DNA of 64,000 bases from Akkermansia sp. (GCA_030525455.1 JAUNER010000007.1:23110-87109), one strand, 5' to 3'; positions 48,080 through 59,007 are shown, counted from the first letter of the stretch. The notes: a model not told the origin generated them from the letters alone. Numbers and translations: made by a program.

Positions 48080-49348
48080 TTAACCCATCTTTTCGATAAC
48101 CTGCAAGAGAGGAAGGAACATAGCGAAAACGATACCACCAACAACTACGGCAAGGAACACAATCATGATTGGTTCGAGCATGGAAGTCATGGCACCAACT
48201 GCATTGTCCACTTCATCATCGTAAACATCAGCTACCTTTAGAAGCATGGTGGGAAGCTGACCGGTTTCTTCACCCACATCAACCATGGAAATAACCATTG
48301 GAGGGAAGAGTTTGGAAGAAGACATCGGTGTAACGACGGATTCCCCTTCTTTTACAGAGTCATGGATAAGCCCGATGGCATCGCCCACAATCATATTCCC
48401 CGCAGTGTCTTTAGTAATGGTTAAAGCTTGGAGGATGGGTACGCCGGAAGTTACCAGAGTACCGAAAGTTCTGGCAAAACGAGCAATGGCACTCTTACTC
48501 TGAACATTGCCGATAACCGGCATGGTAAGCAAGATGGAATCAAGCTGACGGCGGCCTTTAGGATTGCGAGCCATGACCGTAAAGATGGCGTATAAGAGAC
48601 CAATGCCGATGGCAGCATAGCCTGCATTTGGGATGTAGTAAGGAGTAGCCATGAACCAGTCACTGATACCGAATACAAATTCAGAAACAGCCGGAAGTTC
48701 ATTGCCTTGCTCAGCAAACATTTCTTTAAATTTAGGCACAATAACCATCATGAGGAATACCACGATACCAACGGCAATAAATAGCACGATGGAGGGGTAA
48801 ACCATGGCGGAAATAACTTTGCTCTTTAGTTTTTGTGCTTTTTCTTGGTATTCTGCCAATCGATTTAGTACGACTTCCAGCACACCACCAAGCTCCCCGG
48901 CTTTGACCATGTTTACGAATAAGCGGTCAAACATTTTTGGGTGTTGTGCAAGGGCTTCGGAGAATGTAGCACCGCCTTGCACGGCTTCACCAAGTGCTTC
49001 AATCGTTACTCGAAGGGTTGGGTTTGCCTCTTGCTTAGCTAGCACGTTGAGACTCTGAAGGAGCGGTAAACCTGCATCAATAAGTGTAGCCAGCTGACGG
49101 GTAAAAATCATGAGTGTTTTTGATTTTACCTTGCCACCGACTTTGCCTTTCTTGGCTTTTGCGGCTTTAGCTTTTTTCTTTTCAGAGGCAGAAATTTGAA
49201 GCTTACCCTTGCCGTCCTCTACAATTTGAGTTGGGTAGAGACCATGAGCACGGATTGCTTCCATTGCCTCGGTTTCGGAATTGGCTTCGAGCGAGCCGGT
49301 TTTCTGGTCGCCTTTGTGGTCGAGAGCTGTGTAATGGTATTTAGGCAT
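48080..49348 (-). CDS. pilC: Type IV pilus/T2SS inner-membrane platform protein (PilC/GspF)
   Basis: FTRQLATLIDAGLPL, MVKAGELGG, GEETGQL, LEPIMIV. Confidence 0.93.
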   Translation of the reverse strand: MPKYHYTALDHKGDQKTGSLEANSETEAMEAIRAHGLYPTQIVEDGKGKLQISASEKKKAKAAKAKKGKVGGKVKSKTLMIFTRQLATLIDAGLPLLQSLNVLAKQEANPTLRVTIEALGEAVQGGATFSEALAQHPKMFDRLFVNMVKAGELGGVLEVVLNRLAEYQEKAQKLKSKVISAMVYPSIVLFIAVGIVVFLMMVIVPKFKEMFAEQGNELPAVSEFVFGISDWFMATPYYIPNAGYAAIGIGLLYAIFTVMARNPKGRRQLDSILLTMPVIGNVQSKSAIARFARTFGTLVTSGVPILQALTITKDTAGNMIVGDAIGLIHDSVKEGESVVTPMSSSKLFPPMVISMVDVGEETGQLPTMLLKVADVYDDEVDNAVGAMTSMLEPIMIVFLAVVVGGIVFAMFLPLLQVIEKMG

Positions 49349-49395
49349 ATATGTTAATGATTAAGTTGTTAAGAAAATGAATGATTTGAATCGGC

Positions 49396-51054
49396 TTAGG
49401 TGTATTTGAGCACTTCTTCGATGGTAGTATGACCATCATAGATATTTCTAAGACCATCTTCTCGCAGGGTCGTCATGCCGAGTTCGATGGCTTTTTGTTT
49501 AAGCACTACAGAGGGTGCTCTATCTGTAATCATATCGCGAAGTGTGTCGTTGATGTCGAGAAGCTCATAGATACCTTTACGACCTTTATAGCCGGAATTT
49601 GAACATTTTTCACATCCGCGACCGGTAAAGAATCGCTTGTCACCGAGTTCGTACGGAGAAATACCCAGTTGAGAAAGAATGCTGGAAGAGGGTTCGTACG
49701 GAGTTCGACAATCTGCACAAATGGTACGAACGAGACGCTGGGCTAATACCCCTTCGAGTGAGGCTGCTACAAGGAATGGTTCACAACCCATGTCTACGAG
49801 ACGAGTAACCGCACCGGCAGAGTCGTTTGTGTGTAGAGTGGAAAGAACCAAGTGGCCTGTAAGTGATGCCTGAATGGCAATCTGTGCCGTGGCCATGTCT
49901 CGCATTTCCCCAACCATGATTCTGTCAGGGTCCTGACGAAGGAAAGCACGAAGCACCATGGGAAAGTCAAGGCCGATGGCTTCGTTAATGGGGATTTGGA
50001 CGATGCCGTCGATGTCGTATTCCACCGGGTCTTCGGCGGTGAGAACCTTTGAATCGATGGTGTTAATTTCACGCAGGGCAGCGTAGAGGGTGGTGGTTTT
50101 ACCGGCACCCGTTGGACCTGTAACGATGAATATACCATTCGGTTTATGAACAGTATCGAGGATATATTCGTGGATGTGAGTAGGTAGCCCCAGGTTATCG
50201 AGATTGAGGTTGACAGATGAGCGGTCAAGCACACGAAGAACCACAGATTCGCCATACTGAGTAGGGAGGGAAGAAACACGCATATCCACAGAGCGGTCGC
50301 CCACCTGCTTAACGATTCGGCCGTCTTGGGGAACTCGACGTTCTGCGATGTTCATGTTTGCCATCACTTTTACACGAGAAATAACTGGTACAGCCAAGTG
50401 TACGGGCGGTGGTTGCATCTCGTAGAGAGCCCCATCAACTCGATAGCGAATTTTGAATTCTTTTTCAAATGGCTCAAAGTGTATGTCAGATGCTTTTTCT
50501 TTAATAGCCTGAGTAATTACCAAGTCTACAAAGCGAATCACAGGTGCAGCCGCAGAGTCTTCTGTTTCATTGCTGACCTGCATGTTGTTCAGCTCTTGCA
50601 TGAGGTCTTGCATGGCTGCTGATTCACCACCGTAGAGTGAATTGATAAGGTCGGCAATTTGATTATCCGGTGCTACCAGAACATGAACATCTTGACCAAG
50701 AGCAAAGCGTAAATCTTCTAATGTCTGCGGATTTAAGGGGTCAATAAGGCACACACTCAAGCCTTCCGGACCATAGCGAACGGGTAAGGCACCATGTAAG
50801 CGGACGAGCGTAGCCGGAATCATGTTTTGGATGTTGGGCTCCGGCTGGAAGTTGTCTAATGAGATAAATTCTGTACCGAGGTCACTGGCAATCATGTGCC
50901 AGATGTCGTTTTTACTGGCGATGATGCCGAAGTCGATAAGAACATCCGGTAGTTCCTTGCCGGAAGCAGACATTTCTTCCTTGATGTCTTTGGCTAGGCT
51001 CTTATCAATCATGCCTCTGCCAATGAAAAGTTCTAACGTGAGGTTTGTATCCAT
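49396..51054 (-). CDS. PilB/GspE assembly ATPase
   Basis: ASDIHFEP, PQDGRI, Walker A GPTGAGKTTT, TAEDPVEY, LRQDPD, CxxC-CxxC motif. Confidence 0.95.
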   Translation of the reverse strand: MDTNLTLELFIGRGMIDKSLAKDIKEEMSASGKELPDVLIDFGIIASKNDIWHMIASDLGTEFISLDNFQPEPNIQNMIPATLVRLHGALPVRYGPEGLSVCLIDPLNPQTLEDLRFALGQDVHVLVAPDNQIADLINSLYGGESAAMQDLMQELNNMQVSNETEDSAAAPVIRFVDLVITQAIKEKASDIHFEPFEKEFKIRYRVDGALYEMQPPPVHLAVPVISRVKVMANMNIAERRVPQDGRIVKQVGDRSVDMRVSSLPTQYGESVVLRVLDRSSVNLNLDNLGLPTHIHEYILDTVHKPNGIFIVTGPTGAGKTTTLYAALREINTIDSKVLTAEDPVEYDIDGIVQIPINEAIGLDFPMVLRAFLRQDPDRIMVGEMRDMATAQIAIQASLTGHLVLSTLHTNDSAGAVTRLVDMGCEPFLVAASLEGVLAQRLVRTICADCRTPYEPSSSILSQLGISPYELGDKRFFTGRGCEKCSNSGYKGRKGIYELLDINDTLRDMITDRAPSVVLKQKAIELGMTTLREDGLRNIYDGHTTIEEVLKYT

Positions 51055-51084
51055 GTTATTATGTTTTGGTTAATTGTTGGCAGA

Positions 51085-52731
51085 TTAGTTAGCGTCGCCC
51101 ATGGTTACATTGAGCACTTCTTCCGGTGAGGTGAGACCGGCAAGAATCTTACGAACACCATCTTCACGAAGAGTTCTCATGCCTAACTCACGAGCACGTT
51201 TGCGGAGCTGTGGTGAGGTGAGATTTTCGTTAATCATACGGCGAACTTCATCATCGATTTCAAAAATTTCAAATAAGCCCATTCGGCCTTTGAAGCCACC
51301 GCCACGGCAGAAGTCACACCCACCCGGTGCTTTGATTTGCCCCGGAGTAAGTCGGGAAAGGTCGATATTAAGGGTTTGGGCTTGCTTGGGTGTAAGAGCC
51401 CCATCGACTTTACAACGATCGCAAAGTTTACGAACAAGACGCTGTGCCATAATAGCTCGTACAGCAGAGGCAATAAGGAAACGTTTAATGCCAATATCTG
51501 CAAGACGGGCTACGGCACTAGGAGCATCGTTTGTGTGGAGGGTGGAGAATACCAAGTGACCTGTGAGAGACGCATTGATAGCGATACTAGCTGTTTCTAA
51601 GTCTCGAATTTCCCCAATCATGATGATGTTTGGGGCTTGACGAAGCATGGCTCTCAAGGCAGCAGCAAAAGTCATACCAATGTCTGCTTTAACCATCACT
51701 TGGTTGATGCCGGAAAGTTCGTATTCCACCGGATCTTCAACGGTGATAATCTTTTTGTCCGGGCGGTTGATGTGGTTTAGACAGGCGTAAAGTGTGGTCG
51801 TTTTACCGGAGCCGGTAGGACCTGTCACCAGAATAATACCATCAGGGAGGGTAATGAGCCGGTCAAATACTGCTTCATCGTCAGAGAAAAAGCCCAATTG
51901 AGGCAGACCAAGAACGAGTGCTGATTTATCCAGAATACGCATAACGATACTTTCGCCATGGTTGCTGGGAACGGAAGAAACACGGAGGTCTACTTGTTTG
52001 TCTCCCATGGTAAGCTGAATGCGACCGTCTTGAGGAAGTCGTTTTTCTGCAATACTCATGGTTGTACTCATCACTTTTAGTCGAGCGATGATGGGGCTAA
52101 GTAGTTTTTTGGGATGAGTGGCGACCTCAACAAGTTTGCCGTCAACGCGGTTGCGTACTCGTAGTCTGTCTTCCATCGGTTCAATATGAATGTCGGATGC
52201 TCGCATTTTGAAGGCATCGACAAGCATTTGTTGAACAAGACGAATGATGGGAGCATCACCATCTTCTTCAATGGAATTCTGTGAGCTATCCGGTATTTCG
52301 ATTTCGTTGTAAAAGGCATTAAGGCGTTGCTCCACAGCACTGCGAGTTGCAACGCTAAACATGACATCTCGCCCCATAAGCTGTGGCAGACTGTCTAGAG
52401 TTTCCAGATTTAGTGGGTCGTCAATGGCCACGTTGATAGAAAACCCATCATCCTCAAAGGGAATGGCTCTGAATCGGCGTGCTAGCTCAGGTGATATGAG
52501 TTCTCTGACCTCTTGAGGTATGTTCATAGCACCTAAATCAATTACCGGAAGTAATGAATTAGAGGCTGCTACTTGAGCAATAATATCTTCGGTAAGATAG
52601 TTTTGCTGAATGAGAAAATCAATTAAATCCTGCGTTGGTGATTTCTGACTCTTAGCATATTGCAAAATCTCATCATTGAGATAGCCTGCTTGAGAGAGAA
52701 GCTCTGTGAGGTATGTTTCGTTAGAATACAC
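51085..52731 (-). CDS. Second PilB/GspE assembly ATPase
   Basis: ASDIHIEP, GPTGSGKTTT, TVEDPVEY, LRQAP, CxxC-CxxC motif. GTG start. Confidence 0.95.
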   Translation of the reverse strand: MYSNETYLTELLSQAGYLNDEILQYAKSQKSPTQDLIDFLIQQNYLTEDIIAQVAASNSLLPVIDLGAMNIPQEVRELISPELARRFRAIPFEDDGFSINVAIDDPLNLETLDSLPQLMGRDVMFSVATRSAVEQRLNAFYNEIEIPDSSQNSIEEDGDAPIIRLVQQMLVDAFKMRASDIHIEPMEDRLRVRNRVDGKLVEVATHPKKLLSPIIARLKVMSTTMSIAEKRLPQDGRIQLTMGDKQVDLRVSSVPSNHGESIVMRILDKSALVLGLPQLGFFSDDEAVFDRLITLPDGIILVTGPTGSGKTTTLYACLNHINRPDKKIITVEDPVEYELSGINQVMVKADIGMTFAAALRAMLRQAPNIIMIGEIRDLETASIAINASLTGHLVFSTLHTNDAPSAVARLADIGIKRFLIASAVRAIMAQRLVRKLCDRCKVDGALTPKQAQTLNIDLSRLTPGQIKAPGGCDFCRGGGFKGRMGLFEIFEIDDEVRRMINENLTSPQLRKRARELGMRTLREDGVRKILAGLTSPEEVLNVTMGDAN

Positions 52732-52828
52732 GACAGTCTCTAGGTCTGATGTTCTGGAATAGAGCCGGCGAGAGCCAGCATGATACTCCCCTATTTCTTA
52801 CATTATCTGAGCGTAAAGTCAACTAAGC

Positions 52829-53866
52829 TTATTGCGATGAATCAATTTTTTTAGGCATTTTAGACATTAATTCGTGCATTGACGCTTCTAATTCCGCCAG
52901 TGAGGAGGTTTTTACAAGTTTTGAACGCATATCTTTTGCTCCGGGGAAGCCTTTTGTATATGCTAAAATTCTCGACCGCATGTGTCGCATGGTATGAAGC
53001 TCGTCTCCATAATGACCGGAATCGAGTGCCATTTTTGCGTGGCGTAAGAGGAGATTAATTTTTGATTCCGGACTGCGTTTGGGGGGAAGCGTGTGGTGCG
53101 TGAGATAGTAGCGGGTATCGGCAAAAATCCATGGATTTCCCATAGCGGCTCTACCAATCATGATACCGCTGACGGCTGTGTTTTCTTTGACGGATGCTGC
53201 ATCTTGGGGAGTGCATATATCGCCATTGCCGATGATGGGGATTTTTGCTGTGGTTGCACATTCGTTGATGATTTCCCAGTTAGCAGTGCCACCATATTGT
53301 TGCGAGCGGGTGCGTCCATGAATAGTTATCATGGAAATTCCTTCCTCTTCGAGTAAGCGACAGGTCTCATGGGCACAGATATGTTGAGCATCCCATCCGA
53401 TACGCATTTTTGCAGTCACAGGGATTTTATCGCCTACGGCTTTAACGACGCCGCGTGCTACAGAGGCTAGTAGCGGTAGGTCTTTGAGTAGCGAGGAGCC
53501 TCCATTCCTGCCTACAACTTTTGGCACAGGACAGCCAAAATTAATATCGATGAAATCAGGGCGGTCATGGTCAAGTATGATTTGAGCCGCTTTACCCATA
53601 TTTTCTCCGTTTGAGCCAAAAAGCTGGATGCCTATGGGGCGATGTTCCTCGCAGAGTTTTGTGTATCGCTTGTTTCGCTCCCATGCTTGTAATATCCCCT
53701 CAGCGGATACAAATTCTGTTACCATGACGTCGGCTCCAAGTTCTTTGCAAATAGTGCGAAATATTGGGTCTGTTACACCGGCCATCGGTGCTAAAAATAA
53801 CGGGAATTCTACCTTGATAAAAGGTAGAGTGGAAAATTTTGCGGAGGGGGTGGCTAGTCTCGTCAT
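52829..53866 (-). CDS. dusB: tRNA-dihydrouridine synthase (DusB-like)
   Basis: LAPMAGVTD, DINFGCP, TAKMRIGWD, IHGRTR, NGDI, GRAAMGNPW. Confidence 0.92.
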   Translation of the reverse strand: MTRLATPSAKFSTLPFIKVEFPLFLAPMAGVTDPIFRTICKELGADVMVTEFVSAEGILQAWERNKRYTKLCEEHRPIGIQLFGSNGENMGKAAQIILDHDRPDFIDINFGCPVPKVVGRNGGSSLLKDLPLLASVARGVVKAVGDKIPVTAKMRIGWDAQHICAHETCRLLEEEGISMITIHGRTRSQQYGGTANWEIINECATTAKIPIIGNGDICTPQDAASVKENTAVSGIMIGRAAMGNPWIFADTRYYLTHHTLPPKRSPESKINLLLRHAKMALDSGHYGDELHTMRHMRSRILAYTKGFPGAKDMRSKLVKTSSLAELEASMHELMSKMPKKIDSSQ

Positions 53867-53964
53867 GTGATTATGCTCTCACACTAGCAAAATCCTACCG
53901 CGAAATCCAGCCGCTTCTGGGTTCTTCCCATAGCTTTGTGCATTTGTGAAATATAATCGGAAAT

Positions 53965-53995
53965 AAAAAACCGTTACCAACAAGGTAACGGTTTT
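53965..53995 (-). terminator. Terminator downstream of tRNA-Glu
   Basis: aaaaccgttacc / ggtaacggtttt. Confidence 0.8.
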
Positions 53996-54002
53996 AGAAA
54001 AT

Positions 54003-54078
54003 TGGCATCGTGTACGGGACTCGAACCCGTGTTGCCCGCGTGAAAGGCGGGAGTCCTAGACCGCTAGACGAACACGAC
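54003..54078 (-). tRNA. tRNA-Glu (TTC)
   Basis: The reverse complement GTCGTGT TC GTCTAGCGGTCTAGGAC T CCCGC CTTTCAC GCGGG CAAC ACGGG TTCGAGT CCCGT ACACGAT G CCA folds as a cloverleaf with encoded CCA. Confidence 0.97.
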
Positions 54079-54154
54079 ATCTAAGCTTGCACTAAGTGCT
54101 GAAGATTTTTTATCTTAGTGGTAACAAAATGTCAAGCAAAAGTTTTAAGAAAAT

Positions 54155-55573
54155 TTAGTTTTTTTGATTTTCTTCGTTTGTTTTTTCGAATTCACAAGCA
54201 TCTAATCTATTCTGCCATAGATAATATCTAGTTTGTTGGATGAGGACTCCAGAGAGAGCCAGAAGAGATATGAGATTAGGTATAGCCATGAGAGCATTAG
54301 TGCAATCGGCAAAAAGCCACACCAAATCGAGTTGAGAAACGCAACCGATGTAAACAGTAATAATCCACAAAACACGATAAGGGATGATGAATTTTACACC
54401 GCCTAAGTATTCGAGAGCTTTTTCCCCGAAATATGACCACCCCAGAATGGTAGAAACAGTAAAGGTGACTAGGCTAAGAGTAAGAATAGGGGCTCCGACT
54501 AGGGGGATTTTGCTGAAAGCTAACGAGGTTAGTTTAGCACCGTCTGAGCAAGAGATGTCAGGATAGGCTAGAATACTGGTAGTAAGAACGATGCCGGTAA
54601 GGGCACAAATAATAACAGTATCCCAAAATGGTCCACTGGAAGAAATAAGAGCCTGGCGTACAGGATTACGATTCTGAGCTGCTGCCGAAGCAATAGCGGC
54701 AGAGCCTAAGCCGGCTTCATTAGAAAATAAGCCTCGAGCAACACCTGTTCGGATAGCTGTAAGTATAGCCGCCCCCACGATGCCGCCAGTTGCCGCTTCA
54801 CCGGTAAAAGCACATTCAAGGATGCATTGAATAGCCGGGATGATATAATCGCATTGAACGTAAAGAATCCACAGACACCCTATAATGTAACAAGCAGCCA
54901 TAAAGGGAACAAAAATGGCACATACTTTAGCGATGCTTTTGATACCACCTAGTATGACTAGAGCTGTGAGAATTGTAAGTGTTATGGCGGTATAAGTATT
55001 AGAAATATCGAAGGAATGTTGGAGTTGTACAGCGGCTGCATTTGCTTGGGTAAGGTTACCGATACCAAAGGCGGCAATCGCTGTAAATATAGCAAATAGA
55101 ATGGCTAACCACTTGCACTTCATGCCGTGTTCTAGTACATACATAGGACCACCGGAAATGAGTCCTTGTTTATTTTTAACGCGGTATTTGATAGAGAGCA
55201 ATCCTTCTGAATAACGAGTAGCCATACCTAGAACCCCTGTAAGCCAGCACCAGAATATGGCACCTGGACCTCCAAGTGCGAGGGCTACGCCTACGCCTAT
55301 GATATTGCCGGCACCAATGTTGGCGGCTAAAGCAATCATCAATGAACTAAAGGGGGAAATATCTCCATCTTTTGCGTGGTCTTTGACAAAATATAGTTTG
55401 ATGGCTTTGATGATGAATCTTTGCGGGAATCTAAGAATGCAGGTGAGATATAGGTGCGTTCCTAAAAGTAAGATAATCAATGGCCAGCCCCAGAGATAGC
55501 CGCTAAGTTCAGATAGGAAACTTTGCAGATGGTGGCTAAGTTCAGAAAATTTTTGACAAACGACCTCAAACAT
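54155..55573 (-). CDS. Alanine/glycine:cation symporter (AGCS family)
   Basis: LAANIGAGNIIGV, GGPGAIFW, GGPMY, RGLFSNEAGLGS. The likely start is MFEVV at 55573. Confidence 0.93.
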   Translation of the reverse strand: MFEVVCQKFSELSHHLQSFLSELSGYLWGWPLIILLLGTHLYLTCILRFPQRFIIKAIKLYFVKDHAKDGDISPFSSLMIALAANIGAGNIIGVGVALALGGPGAIFWCWLTGVLGMATRYSEGLLSIKYRVKNKQGLISGGPMYVLEHGMKCKWLAILFAIFTAIAAFGIGNLTQANAAAVQLQHSFDISNTYTAITLTILTALVILGGIKSIAKVCAIFVPFMAACYIIGCLWILYVQCDYIIPAIQCILECAFTGEAATGGIVGAAILTAIRTGVARGLFSNEAGLGSAAIASAAAQNRNPVRQALISSSGPFWDTVIICALTGIVLTTSILAYPDISCSDGAKLTSLAFSKIPLVGAPILTLSLVTFTVSTILGWSYFGEKALEYLGGVKFIIPYRVLWIITVYIGCVSQLDLVWLFADCTNALMAIPNLISLLALSGVLIQQTRYYLWQNRLDACEFEKTNEENQKN

Positions 55574-55663
55574 GGTGAGCCGCATTCTAGAAAAAATTTT
55601 TGAAGAGACAAGTCTACACCATATTCTATTATAGCATACGCAGAAGCCCTTGGTAAAAGGAGA

Positions 55664-55714
55664 GGGGCAAATCCACGAACTCTTCATCTCCCTCCTCAAT
55701 CATGGATTTGCCCC
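55664..55714 (-). terminator. Probable terminator after gadC
   Basis: 12-bp inverted repeat ggggcaaatcca / tggatttgcccc. Confidence 0.55.
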
Positions 55715-55781
55715 ATATTCCCGGCTTTGTTCCGGGAAAATTTGCTGTAATAAAATTTGGTAGTGGAAAGGGAATTTTTGT

Positions 55782-57293
55782 TTATGATTTGTTGACCGAA
55801 GCAGGCTTTTCCCAGCCGAATGGTTCAAATTCCTCATTTTCAGGGAGCGGTCTCTTCCATGAAGGATTAGCAAATAACTGAATCACAAATGGAATACCTG
55901 CAAAAAGGAAGGTCCCTCCAATCAGTAAGAGAACATAACTTGTTTTACTGCCAATGTCGATTTGCCCCGGTGGGATGAAACTAACAATAAATGCAAGAAG
56001 GGAAGCTAAGAACCCCAATCCACCGATGAGCCACATACCGAAGTATTTGCCACCGGGGATGCGGAATCCACGAGGTGTGTTTGGTTCACGATAACGTAAG
56101 TAAATAGCGGCTGCAAACATCATCATATACATGATGAGATAAAGGATAATGGTCAACTGAGAAATGATTTGATATGCGGCTTGAACAGATGGCATGATGA
56201 CAAACATGATGGATAATAAGGTGACAATGATGCCTTGAATGATAAGTATGCCAATTTGTACCTTGTTTTTATTCCGAGCCTGCATTATAGGTGGTAAAAG
56301 CCCTGTAACACCTACTTGATATAAACCTTTCGATGGACCGCCCACCCAGGCAGTTACTTGGGCTAAAACACCTAGAGCAAGAGCAAAGGCTAATAACCAA
56401 TTAAGCCAGCCTAACCCAAAAAAGTTCATGTATGTATCGTAGGTAACGAGTAGACTTTGAACAAGGTTCACTTGAGATTTTGGGATAATGAGAGAAATAG
56501 CCAGTGTGCCTAGTACAAAAATGCCAACTGTCATAATGGCAGATATGAAGATAGCCAGAGGGTAATCTTTTGAGGGATTCTTTACGTCCTTGACGTGAAC
56601 AGCAGACATTTCCATCCCGGCATAAAATAGGAAGATGCTGGCCGCAAGTACAATGTTATTGAAATTGCTTAAATCGGGGAAAAAACTATTCGGATTTGTA
56701 TTTAAAAGAACCGGATTCCCCAAAGCATAGTAAATAAGTCCTAAAAGAATAAGAAGGGCGGCCGGAATGACTGTGCCAATGATAGTTCCCCATTTAGTGA
56801 CTGTAGCAGAAGTTTGCATTCCTCGTAAATTAAGTAATGTCGCTCCCCAGTAAACACATAAAACGATTAATAAAATGTACCATTTGTTTGACGCTAGTGC
56901 TTGGTCCCACGCTTGGTCAGGCCCCATAAAAGCAATAGATACAGCCGCAAATGTAAGAACTGTCGGGAACCAAATAGTGCTTTCTATCCATTGTAACCAA
57001 ATGGCCAGAAAGCCCCATTTTTTGCCAAAAGCTTCCCCAACCCAGCGATAGACCCCACCTTTTTGAGGCCAGCCGGTAGTTAGCTCTGCGGCGACTAGTG
57101 AAACGGGGATTAAAAAGAACAAGGCCGCAAAGATATAATAAAAGGCAGAGCTAAGACCATAGGTGCTTTCTGCTGACATGCCACGTAAACTGACGATGGC
57201 AGAAACATTAATCATGGCGAGTGTAAAAACTCCCATGCGAGCCGCTGTAGAGGGGAGGGCAGAGCGTTGCCCAGAGTGAGATGTAGTTTTCAT
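55782..57293 (-). CDS. gadC: Glutamate/GABA antiporter (APC family)
   Basis: AELTTGWPQKGGVYRWV, YAGMEMSAVH, KDYP and ~12 TM segments. gadB is in the same window. Confidence 0.8.
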   Translation of the reverse strand: MKTTSHSGQRSALPSTAARMGVFTLAMINVSAIVSLRGMSAESTYGLSSAFYYIFAALFFLIPVSLVAAELTTGWPQKGGVYRWVGEAFGKKWGFLAIWLQWIESTIWFPTVLTFAAVSIAFMGPDQAWDQALASNKWYILLIVLCVYWGATLLNLRGMQTSATVTKWGTIIGTVIPAALLILLGLIYYALGNPVLLNTNPNSFFPDLSNFNNIVLAASIFLFYAGMEMSAVHVKDVKNPSKDYPLAIFISAIMTVGIFVLGTLAISLIIPKSQVNLVQSLLVTYDTYMNFFGLGWLNWLLAFALALGVLAQVTAWVGGPSKGLYQVGVTGLLPPIMQARNKNKVQIGILIIQGIIVTLLSIMFVIMPSVQAAYQIISQLTIILYLIMYMMMFAAAIYLRYREPNTPRGFRIPGGKYFGMWLIGGLGFLASLLAFIVSFIPPGQIDIGSKTSYVLLLIGGTFLFAGIPFVIQLFANPSWKRPLPENEEFEPFGWEKPASVNKS

Positions 57294-57396
57294 GGTTTCC
57301 TATTAAGGGTGAAGGTAACAAGCGAGGGTGCTTGTATTTCTTCAGACCTTAATAGGAATTTCTTCGTTGAAATAATGACGAAGGTGTGGCCATTAC

Positions 57397-58989
57397 TTAA
57401 TCGTCTAAAGGAAGTAAATCTCTAGTATCTGCCGCACTTTGTGGTCTGCGGCGAATTTCATTGAGTTTAGCTTCTAGTTTTTTGCAAATATCGGGATGTT
57501 TTTTTGCTACGTTATGTAATTCTTTCGGGTCGTCTTTTAGATTAAAAAGACTTCCACCTTTAGGGGATTTAGTTATTTTTACCTGGAATGACCCACCATT
57601 GATACCATCGCGAATCACGACTCCTTCAGGGATGTATTTCCATTTACCATGGCGAATGGCTAAAGATTTACCGGTACTGTTGATGACATGATACTCTCTG
57701 CCGTGTTGGCTTTTTCCAAGGATGGCCGGGAGGACATTTTGAGAGTCTTTAAATGAATTGCTAACACCAGGGGAAAGTAGTTGCTCTAGTGAAGCTGCCA
57801 AATCCATTTGGTTAATGAGGGCGGTACTTGATTGACCCGGTTTAATGACAGCGGGCCAACGAACAATAAATGGAATGCGAGTGCCCCCTTCTAGGATACT
57901 GTATTTTCCTGCTCTGAATGGACCGGCCGGTTTGTGAGAGGCATTGTCTCTCACAGCAAAGTCTTGATAGCCATCATCAAGAACAGGCCCGTTATCACTT
58001 GATAGAATGAGCAAGGTGTCTTTTGTTAATCCATGTTTATCTAGGGCTTTGGTGATACGACGAACGCAGTCATCAAATTGAACAGTAACATCCCCACGAA
58101 TGCCACATTTGCTGGCACCTACAAACCTTTGATGTGGTGTGCGAGGTACATGAATATCGTGAGCCGCAAACATAAGGAAAAATGGTTCTTTAGCGGATGC
58201 ACTTTTATCAATGTATTCGATGGCTTTTTTGGTGATGACATCAGCATTATCTTCATCTACCCAAAGGGCAGATTTGCCACCTTTCATAAATCCAATGCGC
58301 CCGATTCCATTAATGACAGCTTGGTTGTGCCCATGGCTCCACATCATCTTTAGTAAATCTTTATTATCTTTGCCATTGGGAAGCCCGGGGAAGTTTTTTT
58401 GATATGAGATCTCAATAGGGTCATTAGGGTCTAAATTGAGCACATTGCCATTTTCTAGTAAAACGCATGGCACTCTGTCGCCTGTTGCCGCGAAGATAAA
58501 GCTTTCATCAAACCCGATTTGATTAGGGCATGGGGAAATAGTCTTGTTCCAATTGATTTTTTCACCCTGACGACCAAGGCCTAGGTGCCATTTGCCAATC
58601 ATATAGGTTTTGTAGCCATGTGATTGAAGCATTTTCGGGAGAGTTGTTCGATTGGTGTCAATAATGAGTGCCGCGTCTCCCGGAAGAATTCCTGTGCCTT
58701 TTTGACGCCATGGATATTCACCTGTCATGAGAGCATATCGAGATGGTGTACAAACAGATGTAGTAGAATAGGCGTTTGTGAAACTCAGCCCTTGTTTGGC
58801 AAGTTTGTTGATGGAGGGTGTTGGAATTCCTTTGGCTCCATAGCAACCAACGTCTCCGTAACCTAAGTCATCTGCATAAATGAGTACAATGGCTTTGGGC
58901 TTTGGTAAATTAGCTTTTTCTTTAGCAAAGCTTAAAAATGCAATGTTGGTGAATAGCATTAATAACGATATGACGGATGTAAGCTGCAT
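57397..58989 (-). CDS. Secreted S1-family sulfatase
   Basis: ADDLGYGD, formylglycine motif CTPSR..L.TG, GKWHLG, SSDNG, EGGTRIP. Confidence 0.95.
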   Translation of the reverse strand: MQLTSVISLLMLFTNIAFLSFAKEKANLPKPKAIVLIYADDLGYGDVGCYGAKGIPTPSINKLAKQGLSFTNAYSTTSVCTPSRYALMTGEYPWRQKGTGILPGDAALIIDTNRTTLPKMLQSHGYKTYMIGKWHLGLGRQGEKINWNKTISPCPNQIGFDESFIFAATGDRVPCVLLENGNVLNLDPNDPIEISYQKNFPGLPNGKDNKDLLKMMWSHGHNQAVINGIGRIGFMKGGKSALWVDEDNADVITKKAIEYIDKSASAKEPFFLMFAAHDIHVPRTPHQRFVGASKCGIRGDVTVQFDDCVRRITKALDKHGLTKDTLLILSSDNGPVLDDGYQDFAVRDNASHKPAGPFRAGKYSILEGGTRIPFIVRWPAVIKPGQSSTALINQMDLAASLEQLLSPGVSNSFKDSQNVLPAILGKSQHGREYHVINSTGKSLAIRHGKWKYIPEGVVIRDGINGGSFQVKITKSPKGGSLFNLKDDPKELHNVAKKHPDICKKLEAKLNEIRRRPQSAADTRDLLPLDD

Positions 58990-59007
58990 AGTAAAAGATA
59001 GAATAGG

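Noticed and set aside
53867-54154. tRNA-Glu as an island integration site
   Set aside because: There is no duplicated tRNA 3' end or integrase, and both flanks are housekeeping genes.
55574-55781. Glycine riboswitch upstream of the AGCS symporter
   Set aside because: The conserved aptamer motifs are absent, and the hairpins are better explained as the gadC terminator.
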